A DNA stretch of 30,145 nt from Candidatus Hermodarchaeota archaeon (GTDB taxonomy: Archaea; Asgardarchaeota; Hermodarchaeia; Hermodarchaeales; Hermodarchaeaceae): NCBI GenBank assembly GCA_016839365.1, contig JAEOUH010000066.1:1-30145 (forward strand), written 5' to 3'. Each line of letters begins with the position of its first letter. Positions within the stretch are counted from its first letter, which is position 1. A program made the position numbers and the translations under genes. Below the pieces are notes generated by a model, which was not told where the DNA came from, did no database searches, and worked only from the letters and a program-made list of their open reading frames with translations. This document shows positions 17,001-25,988 of this stretch, in pieces.

Positions 17001-17618
17001 CTAATGAAACACTGCGGCAAGCACAACCAAGATAACCGATGTGATGACTCCAGCAAGCACCATTCGTAATCCCCCTGAAATCAGATTCGCCTTCGCGAGA
17101 TGCCCCATCCACAAGCCTAGAACAAAGAGAAACAACATTGTGGTGATCACTGAAATGACACCTGCTAATATGAAATCAAAAGGGATAAGCATCAGGGGAA
17201 CTAAGGGAAGAACAGCAGCCGGGAGTGGAGCAAATCCGTGAACGAACGATGCCCAGACCGTGGCAAAGCGAACCGCGGAATCGACCATACACCCGTCCAT
17301 TGGACGATGCATTTGCCGCTCAAGATTTTTGATTTCCAGCTTCCGTTCCACTCGTTCAGCCTCATAAGCACCCCATCCACTTGAAATGGCTAAACCTATT
17401 GCCGCAGCCAATCCTGCACTAACAAGAATCCTCACATCCAGTGGCTCAATTATCGCGCCAAATAACATCACGGCTGCAAGTGCACCTAGGACAATGGCGA
17501 CAATTGTTAGTGCACCATCAAAAGCGCCAATCACGATATACCGGCGAGTCAGAGATCCCAAATCTGTCATTCGCCAATACAACCTCCAGCATTGAAACCG
17601 ACCCATTGATTCTGCCAT
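17001..17618 (-). CDS. VIT1/CCC1 family membrane transporter
   Basis: RRY.VIGAFDG.LT, G.YEAE..E and LFVLG...G..A; about 5 TM segments. Confidence 0.85.
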   Translation of the reverse strand: MAESMGRFQCWRLYWRMTDLGSLTRRYIVIGAFDGALTIVAIVLGALAAVMLFGAIIEPLDVRILVSAGLAAAIGLAISSGWGAYEAERVERKLEIKNLERQMHRPMDGCMVDSAVRFATVWASFVHGFAPLPAAVLPLVPLMLIPFDFILAGVISVITTMLFLFVLGLWMGHLAKANLISGGLRMVLAGVITSVILVVLAAVFH

Positions 17619-17697
17619 AACTGTCGACCTAACCTGACATCAAATTGCCTTAAGGAGAAACTAGTACTACTAAATAGATAAGGAATCTGAAAAAGGT

Positions 17698-19230
17698 TCA
17701 GGGTTTGGGAGATAATCGGAAGAAAGAGCTAAAGTCGTGTTGTAATTTCAATAGGTTTGGTATTTCGCTGATTAAGTGTCGAGTTTGGTCCCCTGTATCT
17801 CGATACCGAATAGTAGCAGTCTGGTCTTCAAGACTTTGCGGATCGATTGTGACCGCCTTCGGAATCCCAATTTCATCGGCCCGAGCGTACCGTCGACCGA
17901 TTCGTCCACTCGCATCGTAGAGTACATCGAGACCTTGACCCCTACAAACCGAGTATAATGTCGTTGCCCTTTCTTCCAACTCAGAACGGTTCAAAAGGGG
18001 TAGGACAACTCCATGATATGGGGCAAGTTGAGGAGGTAGCTGGAACCAGTTCCACCCTCGCGTTTTATCTTGGGGCCGATAGGTGTGCTCCAGAATCGCA
18101 TAGATTAGTCGATCAATGCCAAATGAAGGTTCAAGGACGTGAGGAATTACCTTTGCCCCTTCAAGGTCATAGCTCAGATCTTTTTGGCTTCCCTTCATAT
18201 GAGATTTCAAATCATGATCCCGACGATATGCATTCCCAATGACTTCCTTCCACCCAAAACTCAAATTGACCTCTAAATCAAAGTTCCCCCCACTGTAATG
18301 AGGAGTTTCCTCAGGCCGCATGTGTCGGAACCGAATTGCTTGATCCGGAATGCCTAATAACTTGAAGAATTCCACTTCATCACCGAGAATGCAAGCCATC
18401 CACTGATTCGGAACGTACTTCTTTTCGAAGGCTTCCTGGACGCTAATTTGAATGGAGGTGAAGTCGGTAGCTGATTGTTTCGCAGCTTTTTCTTGAGCTT
18501 CTCGGGTCACAAAATTTAGTGGAATTGGGGCTAATTCCTCAAAGAGAGGACACTCGTCCAATTGGTCAGGATCAACGAAATACTCGATTTCCATCTGGCC
18601 AAATTCTCGAACCCGCACAATACTCTGACGAGGAGAAATCTCATTACGATAGGAGCGCCCGATTTGTGCCACTCCAAAGGGTAGCTTAGCTCGCATAGCA
18701 GTTTGCACACGTTTAAATCCCAGAAAAATATTCTGCGCTGTTTCAGGGCGGAGAAAAGCCTGACGCCGTTCACCACCTACACTAGTTCCAAACATGAGCC
18801 CAAAACTTGTTACTTCACCCAAGGGGTCTCCACACACAGGACAACGAAGCTTCTTTTCTCGAACGATTGCTTCCAACTCGTCATTGCGTTTCCCTTCCGC
18901 TGGAATTTTCAAACGCTCTTCAATTAATTGATCAATACGGGTAATGTGACCTTTAGAACAACTAGCAGATGGATCAGTGAAATGATCCAGATGACCTGAA
19001 GCTTCGAAAACAGGGCTTGGCAGAAGCGTGTTCCCACTTACCTCGAAGACATTATCTCGATTTTCAACGAACCGTGTACGCCATAGACGAATCAAATTAT
19101 TACGGATTCTGGTCCCAATGGGACCGAAATCATAAAATCCAGCAAGTCCTCCATAGATTTCAGCAGTGGGATAAAGAATACCACGCCGTAGGGAGACAGT
19201 CATCACTTCTTCGAGTAGCGATTTTGTCAT
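17698..19230 (-). CDS. glyS: Glycyl-tRNA synthetase (archaeal/eukaryotic alpha2 type)
   Basis: EIYGG..GFYDFGP.G, ASGH..HF.D, LRPETAQ, RNEISPRQ, RVREF.QMEIE, EPSFGIDR and the anticodon domain IGRRYARADEIG. Confidence 0.97.
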   Translation of the reverse strand: MTKSLLEEVMTVSLRRGILYPTAEIYGGLAGFYDFGPIGTRIRNNLIRLWRTRFVENRDNVFEVSGNTLLPSPVFEASGHLDHFTDPSASCSKGHITRIDQLIEERLKIPAEGKRNDELEAIVREKKLRCPVCGDPLGEVTSFGLMFGTSVGGERRQAFLRPETAQNIFLGFKRVQTAMRAKLPFGVAQIGRSYRNEISPRQSIVRVREFGQMEIEYFVDPDQLDECPLFEELAPIPLNFVTREAQEKAAKQSATDFTSIQISVQEAFEKKYVPNQWMACILGDEVEFFKLLGIPDQAIRFRHMRPEETPHYSGGNFDLEVNLSFGWKEVIGNAYRRDHDLKSHMKGSQKDLSYDLEGAKVIPHVLEPSFGIDRLIYAILEHTYRPQDKTRGWNWFQLPPQLAPYHGVVLPLLNRSELEERATTLYSVCRGQGLDVLYDASGRIGRRYARADEIGIPKAVTIDPQSLEDQTATIRYRDTGDQTRHLISEIPNLLKLQHDFSSFFRLSPKP

Positions 19231-19430
19231 TGAGAACCCACACCAATGAAGGAACAGCGCACTGTATTAAAGCCTGTCGCGTCGATTCATTGTTTTATTC
19301 CTTCCTGAATAGGCGTTGTCACCTCAATAGATTGACGAAACATTTTAAGCAATATGTGGGAGTGGTTAACTATCGCTCATTGAGCGTACTTACCACGTTT
19401 GCTTACATGTGGGAAAGGTGTAATCGAGAA

Positions 19431-20135
19431 ATGTCACAGGAAGAATTTGGACAAATGTACTGGAACGGCGTCCGTGATGCATTGCGCATGACCCAAACGT
19501 TCCTTTTTTGGAAAGAAAAGAATCCCAATGAGAACCGCACAATTGAGACTTTCATCAGCGAAGCCCTCGAAGCCGTTCGTCAAAAATGCGCGCCTTGCTT
19601 GAAAGAAATCCTTGGCGTAACTTTTGGCGAAGATGAAGCTGCAGTAGAAGAAATGCTGCCTGGCCTCCAAGAGATCGAAACTCCCGCCCCGGAACCTGAA
19701 CCGGCACCACCAACCTTCGAACCCGCACTTGAGTTTGAACCAACCATGGAACCGATTCCAGAACCAATTCCCGAGCCTGAACTAGAGCCTGAAGCCATAC
19801 CACCACCCGTACCTCCAGTTCCTGAACCTGCTGAAGTTCCTGAACCTATTCCTGAACCAGAGCCTATCGAAGCACCACTGGAGCCTGAAGTCTTTCTTGC
19901 TGACGAACCAGCCCCTGAACCGGAGCCAACCTTTGATTTTGACGAATCCGAACCAGCTCCTGAACCAGCACCAACCTTTGAACCAGCTCCTGAGTTTGAA
20001 GCCACTCCTGAACCAGCGCCAGCATTTGAACCTACTCCCGAACCCGTAGCCCCTCCACCTGCTGAACCAGCAGCCGAAGAAGAACCAACAGAGGGGGAAG
20101 AGGAAGAACCCAAACGACGAACCTTCTTCTTCTAG
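19431..20135 (+). CDS. Hypothetical protein: helical domain of about 70 aa with CxxC, then an acidic Pro/Glu repeat tail
   Basis: ATG 19431 follows an AAGGTG SD. The upstream in-frame extension overlaps glyS and is taken as spurious. Ends in EEEEPKRRTFFF. Confidence 0.8.
   Translation: MSQEEFGQMYWNGVRDALRMTQTFLFWKEKNPNENRTIETFISEALEAVRQKCAPCLKEILGVTFGEDEAAVEEMLPGLQEIETPAPEPEPAPPTFEPALEFEPTMEPIPEPIPEPELEPEAIPPPVPPVPEPAEVPEPIPEPEPIEAPLEPEVFLADEPAPEPEPTFDFDESEPAPEPAPTFEPAPEFEATPEPAPAFEPTPEPVAPPPAEPAAEEEPTEGEEEEPKRRTFFF
19680..20075 (+). repeat. Degenerate coding repeats (EP/EPAP/TFEP units)
   Basis: Recurrent gaacc(a/t/g) units. PTFEPALEFEPT recurs as PTFEPAPEFEAT and, more loosely, PAFEPT. 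Confidence 0.75.
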
Positions 20136-20182
20136 CTCCCCACTTTCTACGTACCAGGCGAAGTTCACACCGTTAATGCACA

Positions 20183-20569
20183 TTAGGTTGACGGAAATAA
20201 TTTTGAGAGCTTTTTTGATGCTTGCTCTATCAATAGCAAAATCGCACCTAAATGCTGCCGCTTAAACACAGCCACCAGCACCATATCATCGTTCAAGCCA
20301 CGCAAGATAAGGCTACCACCCTCTGTATCCAAGATAATTCGTGCTGGTGTTAAGGTGAACAACTTATCCGATAGATCCACGGCCACATTCAGCAGCGTCG
20401 CCAGACTCGCGGAGAGAAAAGTTTCATCAACGTGGGCCCGAATTCGAGCTGTCACAGGTAACCCCGTCTTCATTAGCAGCACAACAGCCACAAGCCCCCC
20501 AGCCCGCTCATCAAACTCCTCTAACACCTTCTCAACATCTTCCATCAGACGATATGCTTCAGCAGTCAT
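20183..20569 (-). CDS. Roadblock/LC7 (MglB-like) domain protein
   Basis: Helix, then GLVAVVLLMKTGLPV, DE..LSA..A, IILDTEGGSLIL and LGAILL. Start placed at ATG 20569. Confidence 0.9.
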   Translation of the reverse strand: MTAEAYRLMEDVEKVLEEFDERAGGLVAVVLLMKTGLPVTARIRAHVDETFLSASLATLLNVAVDLSDKLFTLTPARIILDTEGGSLILRGLNDDMVLVAVFKRQHLGAILLLIEQASKKLSKLFPST

Positions 20570-20711
20570 GCAAGCATCCCCTAAACATACTAACCACATA
20601 ACCCTTGAAAAGACCTGTGGTCAAGAGTTGGGGCTCACCCCAAAAACCGTAAAGCTAACCATAAAGTAAAATGATGTGTCGAAAAAACCCAACACCACGA
20701 AGAATCATCAC

Positions 20712-21029
20712 TTAAAGAATCGCAGCCAGTTCCTTTTCAATCTCTTCCCGCGGCCAAACACCAACATGCGTGGTGACCGGCTTCCCCTTTTGAAACAGGA
20801 TCAGTGTTGGAATCGCACGGACCTGATACTTCATGGACGTCTCAGGCGCTTGGTCAGCATCGATTTTGGCAATCCGCACCCGACCCTTATCCAACTCCTT
20901 CTCTAAATTCTCTAAAATTGGTGTCTGCATCTTACAAGGACCACACCAAACAGTGTAGACGTCTAGTAATACGATTTCGTGTTCGTTAAGAAATGCGTCA
21001 ATGGTGGTATCAGTTAATTCTTCAACCAT
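20712..21029 (-). CDS. trxA: Thioredoxin
   Basis: WCGPC active site, cis-Pro motif VRAIPTL, 105 aa. Confidence 0.95.
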   Translation of the reverse strand: MVEELTDTTIDAFLNEHEIVLLDVYTVWCGPCKMQTPILENLEKELDKGRVRIAKIDADQAPETSMKYQVRAIPTLILFQKGKPVTTHVGVWPREEIEKELAAIL

Positions 21030-21107
21030 GGTAGTTGTCTCCGTGATGCGCCATCAATCCTATTACTGCTTGAAAAGCCTTGTGCACTTTCCGTTATTGA
21101 TAATTCA

Positions 21108-21626
21108 TTACGCGTTTTCGAGGAGTGTCGTGATATTGAGACCTTTTCCGATATCACCGAGATATCTGATGAAGTTAACAAAGAGCTGATCGAGCCCAAT
21201 ACCTCTGTTAGCCTGAGTGGGGAACACGGGGGCTCTGATTTTCATCAGAGTCTCGATTTGTTTGGGATGAATTGCACCAGGTAAGTCTTGTTTGTTGGCG
21301 GCGACAGCGACAGGGGGAGGATTTGGACCAAAGATTTCAAAGAGATAGCGTTCGGCTTGGACAAGTGTGTGGGGATTGGCACTGTCAACGACGAGGATGA
21401 CGCCATCGGTGCCGCCTGAGAGGGCTTTGCGAACGAGTCCGAATTGTTGGAGTCCGGGGCTGCCAAATAGATGGGCCTTGAATTCTTTATATTCGAGGGT
21501 GCCAAAATCTAGACAGACAGTGCAGCCGTTGACTTCGGTGGAGATGGTGTGGTTGGTGACCTTTTTGATGAGCGTGGTTTTGCCAACGCCTTGGGGTCCA
21601 ATAACCAGGAGTTTCAGATGCCGCAT
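21108..21626 (-). CDS. MglA-like small GTPase
   Basis: G1 GPQGVGKTT, switch I CTVCLDFG, G3 FGSPGL, VVDS, G4 NKQD and G5 TQA. Start placed at ATG 21626. Confidence 0.92.
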   Translation of the reverse strand: MRHLKLLVIGPQGVGKTTLIKKVTNHTISTEVNGCTVCLDFGTLEYKEFKAHLFGSPGLQQFGLVRKALSGGTDGVILVVDSANPHTLVQAERYLFEIFGPNPPPVAVAANKQDLPGAIHPKQIETLMKIRAPVFPTQANRGIGLDQLFVNFIRYLGDIGKGLNITTLLENA

Positions 21627-21988
21627 GTACCCACCCCGCAATGATTAAGCGGTTGGTTGTGTGGTCTTAAGCCTTAAGGTTTGCGTTTTCCCGCGTTTTC
21701 TATGCCCTTTAGTGATAGACGATGGAAAGTGGGTCGCTGGAAATCCGCGCGGTTGCCTTAATGACAGGGCTGTGGAGAGATATTGAGGTAAAGAAGATTA
21801 TATCAATTCATGCGAGGAGGAGGGGAGGGAAATATTGGGATAGGAGGGAGTTCCGGGTTCCTCAACATCTTTTCTCCGCAATTTTCGGTATTTCGGGTTT
21901 TTGTCGGCTCTTTATTATTAAGCCTTACGGCTCATAGAACCTTACAGAAATGGGAGTTTCCCCAAAATGCTGGTGAGGACTGGATGAA

Positions 21989-22318
21989 TTAATCTTCCAC
22001 ATACACAACCGTGACGTATTCTATGATGGCAAACCGGTCCTTACTCCGGGAGATGAGTTTCAAATCCTCACGAAGTGCGTTGAGATGGAGGAATCGCTTG
22101 ATATAGGTGCGTAGTTGAGTCTTGCTAGGATGGTTGGGGAAATCACTGCGAACGTAGGCTTCAGTATCAGATAACGTTACGGTGATGTCCTTGGCGAGTT
22201 TTTCACTAAGGAAATTCACCATGGCTGTGCCAAGTTCCCCTCCGTGTGAAATCAAATCTTTGATTTCAATGGTGATAAAGGTCTTGGCTGACTCCGGTTC
22301 TGTGGTGGCTTTTGACAT
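21989..22318 (-). CDS. rpl22e: Ribosomal protein eL22 (L22e)-like
   Basis: FLSEKL and SKTQLRTYIKRFLHLNALREDLKLIS...F.I parallel, from memory, the eukaryotic eL22 pattern FL.ERI...SKRYLKYLTKKYLKK..LRDWLRVV. Confidence 0.75.
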   Translation of the reverse strand: MSKATTEPESAKTFITIEIKDLISHGGELGTAMVNFLSEKLAKDITVTLSDTEAYVRSDFPNHPSKTQLRTYIKRFLHLNALREDLKLISRSKDRFAIIEYVTVVYVED

Positions 22319-22369
22319 AGATAAGACCCCTCAAAGGAGAGAGTGATGCCCTTACCAAAAGCATGCCCC

Positions 22370-22993
22370 TTAAAAACCCTCCTCTTCATCACGCACCGGA
22401 TTTTCAGAGTCGATGGAACTAGCTCTTATTGAGAGAGGAGGAGGATTGTCCTCGTGGAGGGCATGGCGTTTCTCACGCCAACGGATGATTCGGGGGGCTA
22501 GCGCGCCGAACCCCAAAGTGTACCCACTGTAGAGGACGACAACAATGAGGTAGTAGATGATATTGAAGGAAGAGAGGACAAATCCGACAGCATAGCCCAA
22601 CAGAAAGCCGGTGAGGGCACGCATGGGATTTCGGCTCTCACGCATTTGTAGCGTCTGTGTGGACCAATCAACGACCGCAGGTAGGCTGAGAAGAAAAGCC
22701 CCAAGGAAGGTAATCGGAGTGATTGGAATGTAAATGAGGAAGATGTGGATGTAAAGAGATAGAATGATCCCAACAAGGAGGGCAGAGCATCGGGCACAAA
22801 TATGGAGCGTATGACCGCGAAAGGAGATAGCCCAGGTCCGATGCATGTAGGGTGGATCATGATGGCTAATGAGCAAGTGAATGGTATCCAGTAGTCGCTG
22901 TTTCCGTGATTTTTGGGGTGTTTGATTGGTCACGTTGACACCAACTATTGTTGGTTGTACACGGTAGTGAGGGATTAAAAAACCATTACTCAA
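22370..22993 (-). CDS. DUF2085-family membrane protein
   Basis: H..P...R, ICARC, P...DW..Q....RES.N..R..TG.L.G. The true start may be downstream (GTG 22933). Confidence 0.8.
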   Translation of the reverse strand: MSNGFLIPHYRVQPTIVGVNVTNQTPQKSRKQRLLDTIHLLISHHDPPYMHRTWAISFRGHTLHICARCSALLVGIILSLYIHIFLIYIPITPITFLGAFLLSLPAVVDWSTQTLQMRESRNPMRALTGFLLGYAVGFVLSSFNIIYYLIVVVLYSGYTLGFGALAPRIIRWREKRHALHEDNPPPLSIRASSIDSENPVRDEEEGF

Positions 22994-23031
22994 CCTAGAA
23001 TTCTTGTATGAGAATTGCGTTTATGGTGTAG

Positions 23032-23427
23032 GTGAATCCTCTGTCAGCTTCAGATCTTCTCATCGCAGCGGTGGGAGTCATTGTAAGAGGTAAAAGGCTT
23101 TGGGTTCACGAATCACCCCAGGCAAGCCTTGAGCTCCCCGGATATCTTGTCGCAAGGGGAGAAAAAGCTGTGATCCATCTAAACAAATTCCTATCTGACT
23201 TGGAATTACAGGACCTACCGCAAGAAACCCTTTACCTCACCGCCGTGACCATTGACCAGAAACCGAGTCGGAACGCAACCGCTTTGGTGAGGATCATCCG
23301 GTTTACCAAAAAACCAGACTTAGAGTTGCCCAACCATCGATGGGCAACTTTGAAGGATCTTCTAGAAGATGAACAAGCATCTTCCTTAACGAAGGTAGTT
23401 GCCCGTTGGTTAATCCTAGCCCATTAG
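23032..23427 (+). CDS. NUDIX-fold protein lacking the catalytic Nudix box
   Basis: AAVGVIVRGKRLWV, LELPG.....GE and HRW at typical positions, but no RE..EE. Confidence 0.55.
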   Translation: MNPLSASDLLIAAVGVIVRGKRLWVHESPQASLELPGYLVARGEKAVIHLNKFLSDLELQDLPQETLYLTAVTIDQKPSRNATALVRIIRFTKKPDLELPNHRWATLKDLLEDEQASSLTKVVARWLILAH

Positions 23428-23915
23428 GCGTCGATGAGTATTCGAAGGAGTTCCACACTGAAGTATCCCTTGGCTCGGAGCTCCTCTAACGGAGTGTGGA
23501 GTTTGATGGTCACGTAAGAGGCCTCACCGGTCGCCCCCACCATCTTCTTATAAGCTTTCTTGAATTCCGCTAGTGAAGAAGTCATTGCTAAATCCCCCGC
23601 AGCGGCCTCTGATATCCGAATGAAAACATCAGTTTGGACACTCCGTTCCAATGACAAACGCATCGGCGCGACGCCCTCCTTTTTCATTAGAAGTGGTTCA
23701 CCACCGACTATGAGCTGTAATGTGGTGTCCTTGATGGCTTTGGTTTTTGCACTGATTTCGGGTTCCGCTAGCAGATCGTCGAGTCGTTGAATATAGGCTT
23801 CTACGGGATTGGCTATCGAGACTATCGAACTGACCGGCAAGACCGAACTTCCAACTTCGGGGTCCTCCGAAACTCGTTCGGGAGTAGCCGTTTTCTTTCG
23901 TTTAAACCATCGCAT
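23424..23915 (-). CDS. Hypothetical protein, possibly a divergent SCP2-like fold
   Basis: TTLQLIVGG...TDVFIRISEAA..DL pattern; basic/aromatic N-terminus MRWFKRKK. Confidence 0.5.
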   Translation of the reverse strand: MRWFKRKKTATPERVSEDPEVGSSVLPVSSIVSIANPVEAYIQRLDDLLAEPEISAKTKAIKDTTLQLIVGGEPLLMKKEGVAPMRLSLERSVQTDVFIRISEAAAGDLAMTSSLAEFKKAYKKMVGATGEASYVTIKLHTPLEELRAKGYFSVELLRILIDA

Positions 23916-24094
23916 TTTCTTTCATTCCAAATCATTTCTCAAAACGCGGTAGGATATATTGGGAAAACGATGGGAGCCATAAAAGCATGCCGGGGAGAAA
24001 TCATTGAATACGACGGAAGAATAGGAAAGCGCAGAAGCTCCAGAAAGAGCTGACTTTATAACCGTCATCACCCAATAGCCTTCGGTGACCCTCC

Positions 24095-24391
24095 ATGACG
24101 AAAGTAACCGAAATCGTTCACTTCTTCGATCAAAAAATCTCGTCCGTTCTCACTATAGATGGGTTTCTACCTGAAACAAAAAAGGATAGATTTGTGAAAG
24201 AAGGGGGCTTCTGGCTTCGTGTAGCCGATGGTGAGGGAAATTCTCAGACTATCAAGTTAAGCGATACAGAAATGACCAACCTTCTGCAAGATATTAAGCT
24301 TGCTTTAAAGAAGCATCGTGAACTTAAATTGAAATTATTCGCAGATATTGATCAGCGGGAACGTTCTGCATCTAGTAAAGATCGCGACTAG
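24095..24391 (+). CDS. Hypothetical protein (beta-strands plus long C-terminal helix)
   Basis: ATG preceded by a GGTGA SD and TTTATA at about 24055; fills an intergenic gap. Confidence 0.65.
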   Translation: MTKVTEIVHFFDQKISSVLTIDGFLPETKKDRFVKEGGFWLRVADGEGNSQTIKLSDTEMTNLLQDIKLALKKHRELKLKLFADIDQRERSASSKDRD

Positions 24392-24398
24392 TCTGATT

Positions 24399-25124
<726 letters not shown>

Positions 25125-25238
25125 TTAACCTTTACCCAAAACTAAAGAAGAAACTTCCTGAAGCTCTTCTATGGAGTCGCCCATATATTTTTAATAAGAA
25201 TCAGGGCGAGGAAAAGAAGCTCACAAGGATGTGATGCA

Positions 25239-25634
25239 ATGTCAACAAATGAACAGATGCTGGAAGAATTAAGAAAAATTCGAGAAGCTTTGGTTCCCCC
25301 GCCACCGCCACCACCAACAAAGAAAGGACTTTGGCAGGAATTCAAAGAATTCCTCGAACAATACAAGGTTATGGGTCTTGCCGTAGCTTTCATCATGGGA
25401 TTATACCTAGGACAACTCGTACAAGCCCTAGTAACTGCATGGATTACGCCTATCATCAATGTCATCCTCATATCAATTGGGCTCCTAACGCCAGACCAAG
25501 TTACGCTTAATCCAAGTGCTTATCCACTCACCTTTAACCCAACATTATTCATCAGTGCACTCATTACCTTCCTAATTGTTGCTGTTGTAATATTCATCAT
25601 CGTCAAATTCACAAAACGAATTGGACTCAAGTAA
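25239..25634 (+). CDS. mscL: Large-conductance mechanosensitive channel, MscL family
   Basis: EFKEFL...V.GLAVAFI.G, I.PII and FI.ALI.FLIVA..IF.IVK. Confidence 0.9.
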   Translation: MSTNEQMLEELRKIREALVPPPPPPPTKKGLWQEFKEFLEQYKVMGLAVAFIMGLYLGQLVQALVTAWITPIINVILISIGLLTPDQVTLNPSAYPLTFNPTLFISALITFLIVAVVIFIIVKFTKRIGLK

Positions 25635-25988
25635 CCCAGAACCTCCTGGGCTAGCCTTCAATGCAATTACGCTAAAGCCATGCCCGCGAAAGGTATGCCT
25701 AACTGAAATTTGCGTCTAGTTCATTATAGTACATTTTTTATGCAAGATTTTGTTAGTGGTTAAGGGGAGAAAAGTCTAAACTTAACTTAATTGTTAATTC
25801 CACGGATAATTTACGCCTTTGTTTTAACGATTGTCTGTTATTTCATCTCAGTACATACCTATAAGGAACAAATTAACTAAATTAAAAAAAAGAAGCAAAA
25901 TTTACAGTTTGAATTTCGCCAGATTCATTTATATTTAATATTTTAATTACGAAAACTAAATTTACTCATCTAAGTAGGAATATTCACC

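Noticed and set aside
19017-19430. N-terminal 138 aa of the 372-aa ORF
   Set aside because: Overlaps glyS on the opposite strand and its promoter; a better start with an SD exists at 19431.
19680-20075. Repeats as a possible CRISPR array
   Set aside because: The units are degenerate, in frame and vary at synonymous positions; there are no unique spacers and no cas genes.
19555-20183. Gly/Ser-rich and Trp/Phe/Arg-rich minus-strand ORFs
   Set aside because: These are antisense shadows of the Pro/Glu repeat codons, which lack stops on the reverse strand.
20628-20643. Hairpin TTGGGG-CTCA-CCCCAA between trx and roadblock
   Set aside because: Only a 6-bp stem, and the T-run lies on the wrong side for a minus-strand terminator; insufficient support.
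25635-25710. Weak stem-loops after mscL as a possible ncRNA or riboswitch
   Set aside because: The stems are short and imperfect, with no family motif I recognise; a covariance-model search would be needed.
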